Below, piece by piece: positions 1 to 9,562 of a stretch of 28,751 bases of DNA (the first letter of the stretch is position 1; every line of letters starts with the position of its first letter). Position numbers and translations under genes: made by a program. The notes below the pieces were generated by a model, which saw only the letters and a program-made list of their open reading frames with translations, ran no database searches and was not told where the DNA came from. The stretch spans positions 1 to 28,751 of the forward strand of contig JBGQHJ010000052.1 in the NCBI GenBank assembly GCA_041497895.1. Reading direction: 5' to 3'. This DNA is from Candidatus Methylomirabilia bacterium. Its GTDB lineage: Bacteria; Methylomirabilota; Methylomirabilia; Rokubacteriales; CSP1-6.

Positions 1-37
1 CCCGCCCCTCCCCTCCTCCCCGGTATCGCCGCGAGCG

Positions 38-1231
38 CTACGCGAAGTTGTACAGCCGAGCCGCGTTCTCGCAGACGATCTTGTGGCGAACCGCCGCGGG
101 CAGGTGGCCGAGCTCGCGGGCGATGTACTCCTTCGAGTCCGGCCACACTCCGTCGGGATGCGGGAAGTCCGAGCCCCACATCACCTTGTCCACGCCCAGC
201 TCCTCGAGCAGCTTCACGCCCACCGGGTCGGTCTGGTACGTCGCCCACACCTGGCGCTTCCAGTACTCGCTGGGCGGCATGGTGAGCGAGAGGTCCTTGA
301 ACTGGTCCTCCCACTCGCCGTCCATGCGCCAGAGGATGTACGGGATCCAGCCGATGCCGGCCTCGCCCAGCACCACGCGTAGGCGGGGGAAGCGCTCGAG
401 CACGCCGCCGTAGATCATGGCCATCAGGATGTTGGCCATGTTGATCTGGAAGCCGGTGATGTGGGTGGCGAACGCGATCCGCGAGGCGCGCCGATCCTCC
501 GCTGTCATGTCTGCGGTGGCGCGCGAGGGGTCGGAGCCGACGAAGACGAGCTTCTGCAGATTCTCGGGCAGTCGGCTGCCGATGGTGTGGAAGTGGAGCG
601 GCAGGCCACTGGTCTGGATCACCTCCCACAGCGGGTTCCAGTAGGGATCCCACAGCGAGGTCAGGTCCGGGGAGTTGGCGATGTCGAGCCCACGCACCGC
701 GCCGCGCTTGGCCACGCGCTCGACCTCGGCGATGGCCGCGTCGATCGGCGCGTTCGGGATCGAGGCGAGCCCGGCGAAGCGCTCCGGATGCGTCGCGCAG
801 AAGTCGGCGAGCCACTCGTTGTAGACCCGGATCACCTCGACGACCGCCTCCGGGTCGTTCATGCGCCCGGTGGCGCCGAGGATGCCGTAGAGGACCTCGG
901 CCTGCACCCCGTCGCGATCCTGGTCCTTCAGGCGCAGCTCGGGGTCGGTCAGGCGCCGGATGCCCTTCTTGCCGTCCGCGTAGAGGCCGGTCTCGGCCAT
1001 GCGGTCCGCGCGGTGGATGCGGCCCGGCACGTACTCGCGGCCGGCCGAGCCCATGCCGCAGAAGAAGCCGAGGCTCGCGCCCTTCCGGGTGATCCACGTC
1101 GGGCCCTTCGGGCTGTCGACCACGTGCGGCATGCGGTCGCGCAGCGCGGGGGACGCGTTGGCGGTGAAGAGGTCCTGCGGCAGCCAGCAGAGGTCGAGGT
1201 GGCAATCGGCGGAGATCATCTCGTAGCGCAT
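38..1231 (-). CDS. Amidohydrolase family protein (amidohydro_2 / LigW-ACMSD-like)
   Basis: Start trimmed to MRYEMISADCHLD (ATG 1231, AGGAGA RBS upstream). Has the ADxH metal motif, HFHT, EAGIGWIP and WGSDFPHPDG motifs. Confidence 0.9.
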   Translation of the reverse strand: MRYEMISADCHLDLCWLPQDLFTANASPALRDRMPHVVDSPKGPTWITRKGASLGFFCGMGSAGREYVPGRIHRADRMAETGLYADGKKGIRRLTDPELRLKDQDRDGVQAEVLYGILGATGRMNDPEAVVEVIRVYNEWLADFCATHPERFAGLASIPNAPIDAAIAEVERVAKRGAVRGLDIANSPDLTSLWDPYWNPLWEVIQTSGLPLHFHTIGSRLPENLQKLVFVGSDPSRATADMTAEDRRASRIAFATHITGFQINMANILMAMIYGGVLERFPRLRVVLGEAGIGWIPYILWRMDGEWEDQFKDLSLTMPPSEYWKRQVWATYQTDPVGVKLLEELGVDKVMWGSDFPHPDGVWPDSKEYIARELGHLPAAVRHKIVCENAARLYNFA

Positions 1232-1242
1232 GGCGGGTCTCC

Positions 1243-2784
1243 TCAGGGCTTGAGCCGGACGTCTTCGTAAGGGGCCGAGTAGGGGAAGGACGGGATCAGG
1301 GAGAGCGCGGGCTCCTCCGCGCGCGGGCCCACGCCGCGGATGAAGCCGTTCTCCCATATGGGGGCGAAGACCTTCTTCTCGAACAGGATGCGCTGGATCT
1401 GGTGGAGCAGCTCCTCGCGCTTCTTGCGGTCGCGCTCGTGCGACTGGCGCTCGAAGAGATCCTGCACCTCCGGGAGCACGCCGCCCGCGTAGGGTCCGCC
1501 CTTGACCGCGAGGATGGCCAGCCGGGTGGCCGCGTTGCCGGCGGGGCCGAGCCCGCCGAACACCAGCCCCTTGAGCTTGCCCTGGGGCCAGGACGAGAAG
1601 AACGCGGCGCGCTCCATGGTGCGGATCTTCACCCGGATGCCCACCGCGGCCAGGTAGTTCGCGATGGCCTCGCCCGCGCCCTCGTAAGGCGGGGCGATGG
1701 TGAAGTCGCCCGCGTCGACTCCGCGGGGGAACCCGGCCTCCGCGAGCAGGCGCCTGGCCCGCGCCGGATCGTAGGGATCGGGATCGATCGGCAGCGCGAA
1801 CTCCATCGCGCGCGGCACCACGTTGCCGGTGAGCCCGCCGAAGCCGAGCTGCTCGGCGTCGTTCAACGCGCGGCGATCGATCGCGAGGCTCGCCGCGGTG
1901 CGCACCCGCTGATCATGCCACGGCGAGCCCGCTTCCCACTGGCCGCGGAAGTCCAGGAAGAAGATCGTGTTGCTGCGCACCGCCATCAGGCGCAGGCCGG
2001 CGGTGCGGCGCACCTCCTCCGCGATGGGGCCGTTGAGGAAGTAGGCCACGTCGACGTCGCCGCGCTTGAGCGCGGCCGCGCGGGTCGTCTCGTCGGGCAG
2101 GCTGCGAAAGATCAGCTTCTTCACCGAGGGGACCTTTCGCCAGTAGCCGTCGAAGGCCTCGAGCTGGAGCTCCACGCCCGGCTGGAAGCTCACCACCCGG
2201 TACGGGCCCGCCCCGATCGGCGCCTTCTTGAAGCCCTCGTCGCCCACCTGTTCCACGTACTTCTTGGGCACGACCCACCCGGCGCTGGTCGCGGTGGTGC
2301 CGTAGAAGGCGATGAAGTCCGCCCACGGCTCCTTCAAGCGGAACTGCACGCGCCTCGGGTCGAGCACCCGCACTTCCTGGACGCGCTCCCTGAAGAGCGC
2401 CGCGTTGGCGCCGTGGTAGCGCTCGAAGGAGAACTTCACGTCCTCCGCGGTCACCCGCTCCCCGTTGTGGAAGCGCGCGTTGGCGCGCAGCGTGAAGTCA
2501 TAGACGAGGCCGTTGGGGGAGACCGTCCAGGACTCGGCCAGGCTCGGCGCGCTCGGGCCGGACGGCATGGGCTTGAGCAGCGCGTCGTGGACCGCGTAGA
2601 GCGTGAGGAAGGGCGTGATCGAGCCCTCGCTCTCGGCGGGATCGAGCCAGCGGGGGGCGAGCGTGAAGTGGACGGCCCAGGTCATCTGGCCGGCCGGCGC
2701 GGGGGCAGCCGATTGCGCCATCCCGGCCGGGGCCAGGCACAGCAGCAGCGCGATCACGACGAGCGCACCGACGAGCCGCCGCAT
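1243..2784 (-). CDS. ABC transporter substrate-binding protein, family 5 (DppA/OppA-like)
   Basis: Start at MRRLVGALVVIALLL (signal peptide, GGGAGG RBS). Motifs LAESW, FHNGE-TAEDVKFS and PIGAGPY. Confidence 0.9.
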   Translation of the reverse strand: MRRLVGALVVIALLLCLAPAGMAQSAAPAPAGQMTWAVHFTLAPRWLDPAESEGSITPFLTLYAVHDALLKPMPSGPSAPSLAESWTVSPNGLVYDFTLRANARFHNGERVTAEDVKFSFERYHGANAALFRERVQEVRVLDPRRVQFRLKEPWADFIAFYGTTATSAGWVVPKKYVEQVGDEGFKKAPIGAGPYRVVSFQPGVELQLEAFDGYWRKVPSVKKLIFRSLPDETTRAAALKRGDVDVAYFLNGPIAEEVRRTAGLRLMAVRSNTIFFLDFRGQWEAGSPWHDQRVRTAASLAIDRRALNDAEQLGFGGLTGNVVPRAMEFALPIDPDPYDPARARRLLAEAGFPRGVDAGDFTIAPPYEGAGEAIANYLAAVGIRVKIRTMERAAFFSSWPQGKLKGLVFGGLGPAGNAATRLAILAVKGGPYAGGVLPEVQDLFERQSHERDRKKREELLHQIQRILFEKKVFAPIWENGFIRGVGPRAEEPALSLIPSFPYSAPYEDVRLKP

Positions 2785-2817
2785 GGGTCCGCCCTCCCGG
2801 GACAACGTCGGGGCCGA

Positions 2818-2826
2818 TGATATAAT
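2818..2826 (+). promoter_or_regulatory. Extended -10 promoter (TGA-TATAAT) for the cupin/dehydrogenase operon
   Basis: Perfect TATAAT at 2821-2826 with TGn, about 40 nt before ATG 2867. Confidence 0.65.
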
Positions 2827-2866
2827 CCGCGCGCTCATCCCACAAGGCGGTACGAGAGAGGCCACC

Positions 2867-3208
2867 ATGAAGACATTCCGGCTCTACACGGGTTCCGACG
2901 GCCACTCCCACGTCGAACCGATCGACCTCGGCCGCACCCCGGCCTGGACCAAGGGGCTCGCGACCACCCAGATCGCGTTTCGCGAGAGCCCGGTCGGCAA
3001 CTTTCTCGACTGGCATCCCGCGCCCCGTCGCCAGTTCGTGATCATCCTGTCGGGTCAGCTCGAGATCGGCCTGGGCGACGGCTCCAAGCATCTCTTCGGC
3101 CCCGGCGACGCGCGGCTGGTGGAGGACACCACCGGCAAGGGCCACACCACCCGCGTGCACGGCAACCAGCCCTGCCTCACCGCCACCATCCCCCTCGCGG
3201 AGCAATAG
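2867..3208 (+). CDS. Cupin-domain protein
   Basis: MKTFRLYTGSDGHSH...WHPAPRRQFVIILSG...EDTTGKGH is a typical small cupin. GAGAG RBS. Confidence 0.85.
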   Translation: MKTFRLYTGSDGHSHVEPIDLGRTPAWTKGLATTQIAFRESPVGNFLDWHPAPRRQFVIILSGQLEIGLGDGSKHLFGPGDARLVEDTTGKGHTTRVHGNQPCLTATIPLAEQ

Positions 3209-3210
3209 CC

Positions 3211-4191
3211 ATGGCCACCAAGATCCTGTTCGCGCCCAAGCAGTCCGACGCGGTGCTCGAGATCGCCCGCTCGCTCACCCCCGCGGGCTTCGAGCTGCTC
3301 ATCGCCGATATCGGCACCCCCGAGTTCTACGCGGCGGCCGCGCAGGCCGAGTACTATCTGGGCCTGGCCCGCCAGATGGGCGGCGAGTTCTTCCGCTCCG
3401 CCCCGAACCTCAAGCTGGTGCAGTTGCTCTCCGCGGGTTACGACCGGGTGGACATCGAGGCCGCGCGCAAGGCGAAGGTGCCGGTGTCCAACAACGGCGG
3501 GGCCAACGCGATCGCGGTGGCCGAGCACACCATCATGCTGATCCTGGCCGTGCTCAAGCGGGTGGTCCGCTTCCACAACGACGTGGTCGCCGGCAAGTGG
3601 CGGGTGGGCGGCTTCGACGATCAGAGGGTCTATGAGCTGTCGCGCAAGACCCTCGGCATCGTGGGCCTGGGCAACATCGGCAAGAAGGTCGTGCGGCGCG
3701 CGGCCGCCTTCGACATGACGGTGCAGTACTACGACATCGCCCGCCTCACCGAGGCCGAGGAAGACGCGCTCGGCGTCCGCTTCGTGCTGCTGCCCGAGCT
3801 GCTGCGCACCTCGGACGTGGTGAGCCTCCACGTGCCGCTCGACGACTCCACCCGCCACCTGCTGGGGGCTGCCGAGCTCGCCCAGATGAAGCCGGGCGCG
3901 ATCCTGATCAATACCTGCCGCGGGCCGGTGGTGGACGAGACCGCGCTCCACGCCGCGCTCAGGAGCGGGCAGGTCGCGGGAGCCGGGCTCGACGTGCTGG
4001 TCGAGGAGCCGCCCGCCACGAACCACCCGCTCTTCACGCTGCCCAACGTGACCCTCACCCCGCACTCGGCGGGCCCCACCTGGGAGAACTGGACCGCCCG
4101 CTTCCGCAACGGCTTCGACAACATCCAGCGGGTGGCGGCCGGCCGCGCGCCCAAGTGGGTGATCCCCGAGCTGGGGGACCCGCAGCCATGA
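3211..4191 (+). CDS. D-isomer-specific 2-hydroxyacid dehydrogenase
   Basis: GLGNIG NAD-binding motif; catalytic triad in NTCRG, EEP and TPH. Confidence 0.92.
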   Translation: MATKILFAPKQSDAVLEIARSLTPAGFELLIADIGTPEFYAAAAQAEYYLGLARQMGGEFFRSAPNLKLVQLLSAGYDRVDIEAARKAKVPVSNNGGANAIAVAEHTIMLILAVLKRVVRFHNDVVAGKWRVGGFDDQRVYELSRKTLGIVGLGNIGKKVVRRAAAFDMTVQYYDIARLTEAEEDALGVRFVLLPELLRTSDVVSLHVPLDDSTRHLLGAAELAQMKPGAILINTCRGPVVDETALHAALRSGQVAGAGLDVLVEEPPATNHPLFTLPNVTLTPHSAGPTWENWTARFRNGFDNIQRVAAGRAPKWVIPELGDPQP

Positions 4192-5150
4192 AGATCCTCT
4201 TCGCGCCGAACCTGATCGTCTCCGGCCTCACCGAGGCCGACCGCGCCCGCATCCTCGAGGCGGCCGGCCCCGGCGCGCGCATCGTGGAAGCGAAGGACAA
4301 GGCGACCCAGCGCCGCGAGCTGCCCGACACCGACGTCATCTTCGGGCGCGCGCACCCCGAGCTGTTCTCCCTCGCCACCCGGCTCGTCTACTACCACTCG
4401 ATCGGGGCGGGCGTGGACAGCATCCTCACCCCCGAGCTGATCAACAGCGACGTGCCCCTGGCCAGCGAGAAGGGGGAGGTCGGCATCCACCTGGCCGAGC
4501 ACGCCTTCGCGCTGCTGCTGGCCCTCACCCGGGGGCTCCACACCGCGATCCGCACGCCCGACTACGAGCTGCGGGAGTCCATCCGGGTGCACCAGCGCGA
4601 GCTCTACGAGCAGACCATGGGCATCGTGGGCTTCGGGGGCACCGGCCGCGCGGTGGCCCGGCGCGCGGTGGGCTTCGGCATGCGGGTGCTCGGGGTTGAT
4701 ATCGAGCGGGTCGATCCGGAGCCCGGGGTGGAGGCGATCTGGCCGACCGACCGGCTCGCCGATCTCCTGGCCGCCTCGGACGTGGTGGTGATCGGCCTGC
4801 CCCTCACCAAGGCCACGCACCACCTGTTCACTCGCGAGCGCTTCCTCCAGATGAAGCGCACCGCGATCCTGATCAACGTGACCCGCGGCGAGATCGTGCG
4901 GGGCGAGGACGTGCTGCCCGCGATCGAGGAGGGGCTCATCTGGGGCGTCGGCCTCGACGTCACCGATCCCGAGCCGCTGCCGAAGGCCCACCCCCTCTGG
5001 ACCCACCCGCGGGCGATCATCACCCCGCATGCCGCGGGGGGCTCGCCCCGCCGGGCGGGGCGGGTGATCGCGACCTTCTGCGAGAATCTGCGACGGAGGC
5101 GGGACGGGCGGCCGCTGCTCGCCCTGATCGACAAGCAGAAGGGCTACTAG
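4188..5150 (+). CDS. D-isomer-specific 2-hydroxyacid dehydrogenase (second copy)
   Basis: Start at MKILFAP with ATGA overlap. Motifs GFGGTG, NVTRG, DPEP and TPHAAG. Confidence 0.9.
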   Translation: MKILFAPNLIVSGLTEADRARILEAAGPGARIVEAKDKATQRRELPDTDVIFGRAHPELFSLATRLVYYHSIGAGVDSILTPELINSDVPLASEKGEVGIHLAEHAFALLLALTRGLHTAIRTPDYELRESIRVHQRELYEQTMGIVGFGGTGRAVARRAVGFGMRVLGVDIERVDPEPGVEAIWPTDRLADLLAASDVVVIGLPLTKATHHLFTRERFLQMKRTAILINVTRGEIVRGEDVLPAIEEGLIWGVGLDVTDPEPLPKAHPLWTHPRAIITPHAAGGSPRRAGRVIATFCENLRRRRDGRPLLALIDKQKGY

Positions 5151-5162
5151 CGGGCCGGCGCC

Positions 5163-6416
5163 TCAGACCACGATCGCCGAGATGTCCACCGAGGAGCGCA
5201 GGCCCTCGACCACCACGATGCCCGACTCGGTCACGTGGTGGCGGCGCTTGTCCTGCTCGAGGTCGTAGCCGATCGTTCCCCCCTCGGGCACCCGCACGTT
5301 CTTGTCGAGGATGGCGCGGCGGATCCGGGCCCGGCGGCCGATGTCGCAGTTGTCGAGGATCACCGAGTCCTCGACGACGGCCCCGGTGTGCACCCGCACG
5401 TGCCGGCCGAGCACCGAGTTGCGCACCATGCCCCCGGAGAGGATGCAGCCGCCCGACACCACCGAGTCGATGGCCTGCCCGCGCCGGCCATCGTCGTCGA
5501 AGGTGAACTTGGCGGGCGGATCGGCGTAGCTCGCGGTCCGGAGCGGCCACTCGCGGTTGTAGAGGTTGAGCGCGGGGCTCACCGCGCGGAGGTCCATGTG
5601 GGCCTCGTAGTAGGCGTCGAGCGTCCCCACGTCGCGCCAGTAGGCGGAGGCGTCCATCGCCTCGCCCGGGATCTGGTTGGTCTGGAAGTCATAGGCGAAC
5701 ATGTCGAGGCGGTCCACCAGCCGGGGCAGCACGTCCCGCCCGAAGTCGTGGCTGCTGCCTTCGCGGGCCGCGTCCGCGTGGAGCTCGCGCAGGAGGGTCC
5801 GGGTCGAGAAGATGTAGTTGCCCATCGAGGCGTAGACCCGGTCGGGGTCGCCCGGCATGGTGGGCGCGTCCGCGCGCTTCTCGTGGAAGCCGATGATGTG
5901 GCCGTCCCGCGCGGTCTCGATCACGCCGAAGTCGGCCGAGAAGCGCCGCTCCACCGGGATCGCGGCCACCGTGATCTCGGCGCGCTTCTGCTCGTGGAAC
6001 GCGATCATGCTCGAGATGTTCATCCGGTAGACGTGGTCGGCGCTGAAGATGGCGACCAGGTGTGGATCGGACTGCTCGATCAGGTTGGCGTTCTGGTAGA
6101 TCGCGTCCGCGGTGCCGCGGTACCACGTCTCGCCGGGCGACCGCATCTGGGCCGGCACCGGGATGATGAAGTGGTCCTTGAGCAGGCCGCCGAACTGCCA
6201 GCCGTCGGCCAGGTGCTGGAGCAGCGACTGGCTCTTGAACTGGGTGAGCACGTAGATGGAGTGGATGCCCGAGTTGATCAGGTTGCTCAGGACGAAGTCC
6301 ACGATGCGGTACTTGCCGCCGAACGGCACCGCCGGCTTGGCCCGCTCCTTGGTCAGGGGAAACAGGCGGGTGCCCCTTCCCCCGGCCAGGACGATCCCGA
6401 GAATTCGCAGTCTCAT
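5163..6416 (-). CDS. glgC: Glucose-1-phosphate adenylyltransferase
   Basis: [46 protein letters not shown] and YWRDVGT. Confidence 0.97.
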   Translation of the reverse strand: [417 protein letters not shown]

Positions 6417-6486
6417 GGCACCGGTGCTCGCGGGTAGCCTACCACGCGGGCGGAGGAAAACTCCGACGGCGGGGGGGCCGGCCCTG

Positions 6487-6492
6487 TATACT
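6487..6492 (+). promoter_or_regulatory. -10 element TATACT for the RRM gene, implying a 5' UTR of about 113 nt
   Basis: Near-consensus hexamer in the glgC/RRM divergent intergenic region. Confidence 0.55.
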
Positions 6493-6544
6493 GGTTCGCG
6501 TCTGGTACAGGCACCGGCTCACCTTCGAGTCATCCTCTTCAGGC

Positions 6545-6592
6545 AGCGTCTCCGGTCTCTTCCGCGTTCAGAGACGCTCCAATGTGCGGAAG
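6545..6592 (+). ncRNA. Candidate cis-regulatory pseudoknot in the RRM gene leader
   Basis: AGCGTCTC (6545-6552) pairs with GAGACGCT (6571-6578). Loop CTTCCGC (6559-6565) pairs with GCGGAAG (6586-6592). Confidence 0.5.
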
Positions 6593-6611
6593 CATCGTTC
6601 AGGAGATTCCC

Positions 6612-6917
6612 ATGTCGCAGAAGCTCTATGTCGGCGGTATCGCATTCTCGACCACCAGCGAAGGCCTTCGCGCCCATTTCGCGCAGTCCGGCACCGTCGT
6701 CTCGGCGAGCGTCGTGACCGACCAGTTCTCGGGCCAGTCGCGCGGATTCGGCTTCGTCGAGATGTCCAACGCCGAGGAGGCCCAGCAGGCGGTCTCCCAG
6801 CTCAACGATCGTCCGCTCGACGGGCGTCCGCTGAAGGTGGAAGTCGCCAAGCCCAAGGGCGACAAGCCCCGGGGCGGCGGCGGCTTCGGCGGTCGCAGCA
6901 GCGGCGGCTGGCGCTAA
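6612..6917 (+). CDS. RNA recognition motif (RRM/RNP-1) RNA-binding protein with Gly-rich tail
   Basis: KLYVGG (RNP2), RGFGFVEM (RNP1), RGGGGFGG tail. AGGAG RBS. Confidence 0.95.
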   Translation: MSQKLYVGGIAFSTTSEGLRAHFAQSGTVVSASVVTDQFSGQSRGFGFVEMSNAEEAQQAVSQLNDRPLDGRPLKVEVAKPKGDKPRGGGGFGGRSSGGWR

Positions 6918-6920
6918 GCC

Positions 6921-8699
<1,779 letters not shown>

Positions 8700-8744
8700 C
8701 TATGTCAGTAGCAGGTTCTCGTTCGGGAAACCGACCACGCTCAT
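8700..8744 (-). CDS. leuA leader peptide MSVVGFPNENLLLT (14 aa)
   Basis: ATG AGC GTG GTC GGT TTC CCG AAC GAG AAC CTG CTA CTG ACA TAG. Three tandem Leu codons, followed by a GC hairpin and a terminator. Confidence 0.82.
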   Translation of the reverse strand: MSVVGFPNENLLLT

Positions 8745-8753
8745 GTGGCGGGC

Positions 8754-8782
8754 ATTGTGCCCATCAAAGCCGTGCTTGTCAA
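8754..8782 (-). promoter_or_regulatory. Sigma70-type promoter for the leu leader (TTGACA-17-CACAAT)
   Basis: TTGACA at 8782-8777, 17-nt spacer, CACAAT at 8759-8754. Confidence 0.75.
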
Positions 8783-8812
8783 GCTTTCACGCGCGGGCGG
8801 TAGAATGCGGGG

Positions 8813-9559
8813 GTGATCGCCCTCCGTGAGGTCACCAAGCGCTTCGGGGCCACCGTGGCGCTCGACTCGGTCTCCCTCGACGTGCCGCCGGGCGCCACCC
8901 ACGTGCTGCTCGGCTCGAGCGGGTCGGGCAAGTCCACCGTGCTCCGCCTCATCCTGGGTCTGGCCGCGCCGGACGCGGGCACGGTGGTGGTCGACGGGGT
9001 GGTGGTGGACGCGGGGAGCCGCGACCGGCTCGTCGCCCGCATGGGCTACGTGGTGCAGGACGGCGGCCTCTATCCCCATCTCACCGCGGTGGACAATGTG
9101 ACCCTCGCCGCGGACGCGCAGGGCTGGCCGCGCGGGCGCATCGACGCGCGCGTCGCCGAGCTGGCGGGCATGGCCGGCCTCGACGCGGCCACCCTCGGGC
9201 GCTACCCCCGCGAGCTGAGCGGGGGCCAGCGCCAGCGGGTGGGCCTGATGCGGGCGCTGATGCTCGACCCGCCGGTGCTCCTGCTCGACGAGCCGCTCGG
9301 CGCCCTCGACCCGATCGTGCGCGCCGAGCTGCAGGACCAGCTCGGCCACCTCTTCGCGACGCTCGCCAAGACCGTGGTGCTGGTGACCCACGACATCCGC
9401 GAGGCGGCGCGGCTCGGGCGGACCATCACCCTGATGACCGCGGGCCGCGTCGTGCAGCACGGCACCTTCGCGGACCTGGTCGAGCGGCCGGCCGCCCCGT
9501 TCGTGACCCAGTTCCTCACCGCCCAGACGCTGGCCACCCCGGCCGCGCCGGCCCGCTGA
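8813..9559 (+). CDS. ABC transporter ATP-binding protein (OpuA/ProV/EgtV-like)
   Basis: Walker A GSSGSGKS, LSGGQRQRV, LLLDEP and VTHD. TAGAAT lies 6 nt before the GTG start. Confidence 0.92.
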   Translation: MIALREVTKRFGATVALDSVSLDVPPGATHVLLGSSGSGKSTVLRLILGLAAPDAGTVVVDGVVVDAGSRDRLVARMGYVVQDGGLYPHLTAVDNVTLAADAQGWPRGRIDARVAELAGMAGLDAATLGRYPRELSGGQRQRVGLMRALMLDPPVLLLDEPLGALDPIVRAELQDQLGHLFATLAKTVVLVTHDIREAARLGRTITLMTAGRVVQHGTFADLVERPAAPFVTQFLTAQTLATPAAPAR

Positions 9560-9562
9560 GCG

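Noticed and set aside
1..25. G-rich run on the minus strand (possible G-quadruplex)
   Set aside because: It is at the window edge and more simply explained as the RBS region of the next gene.
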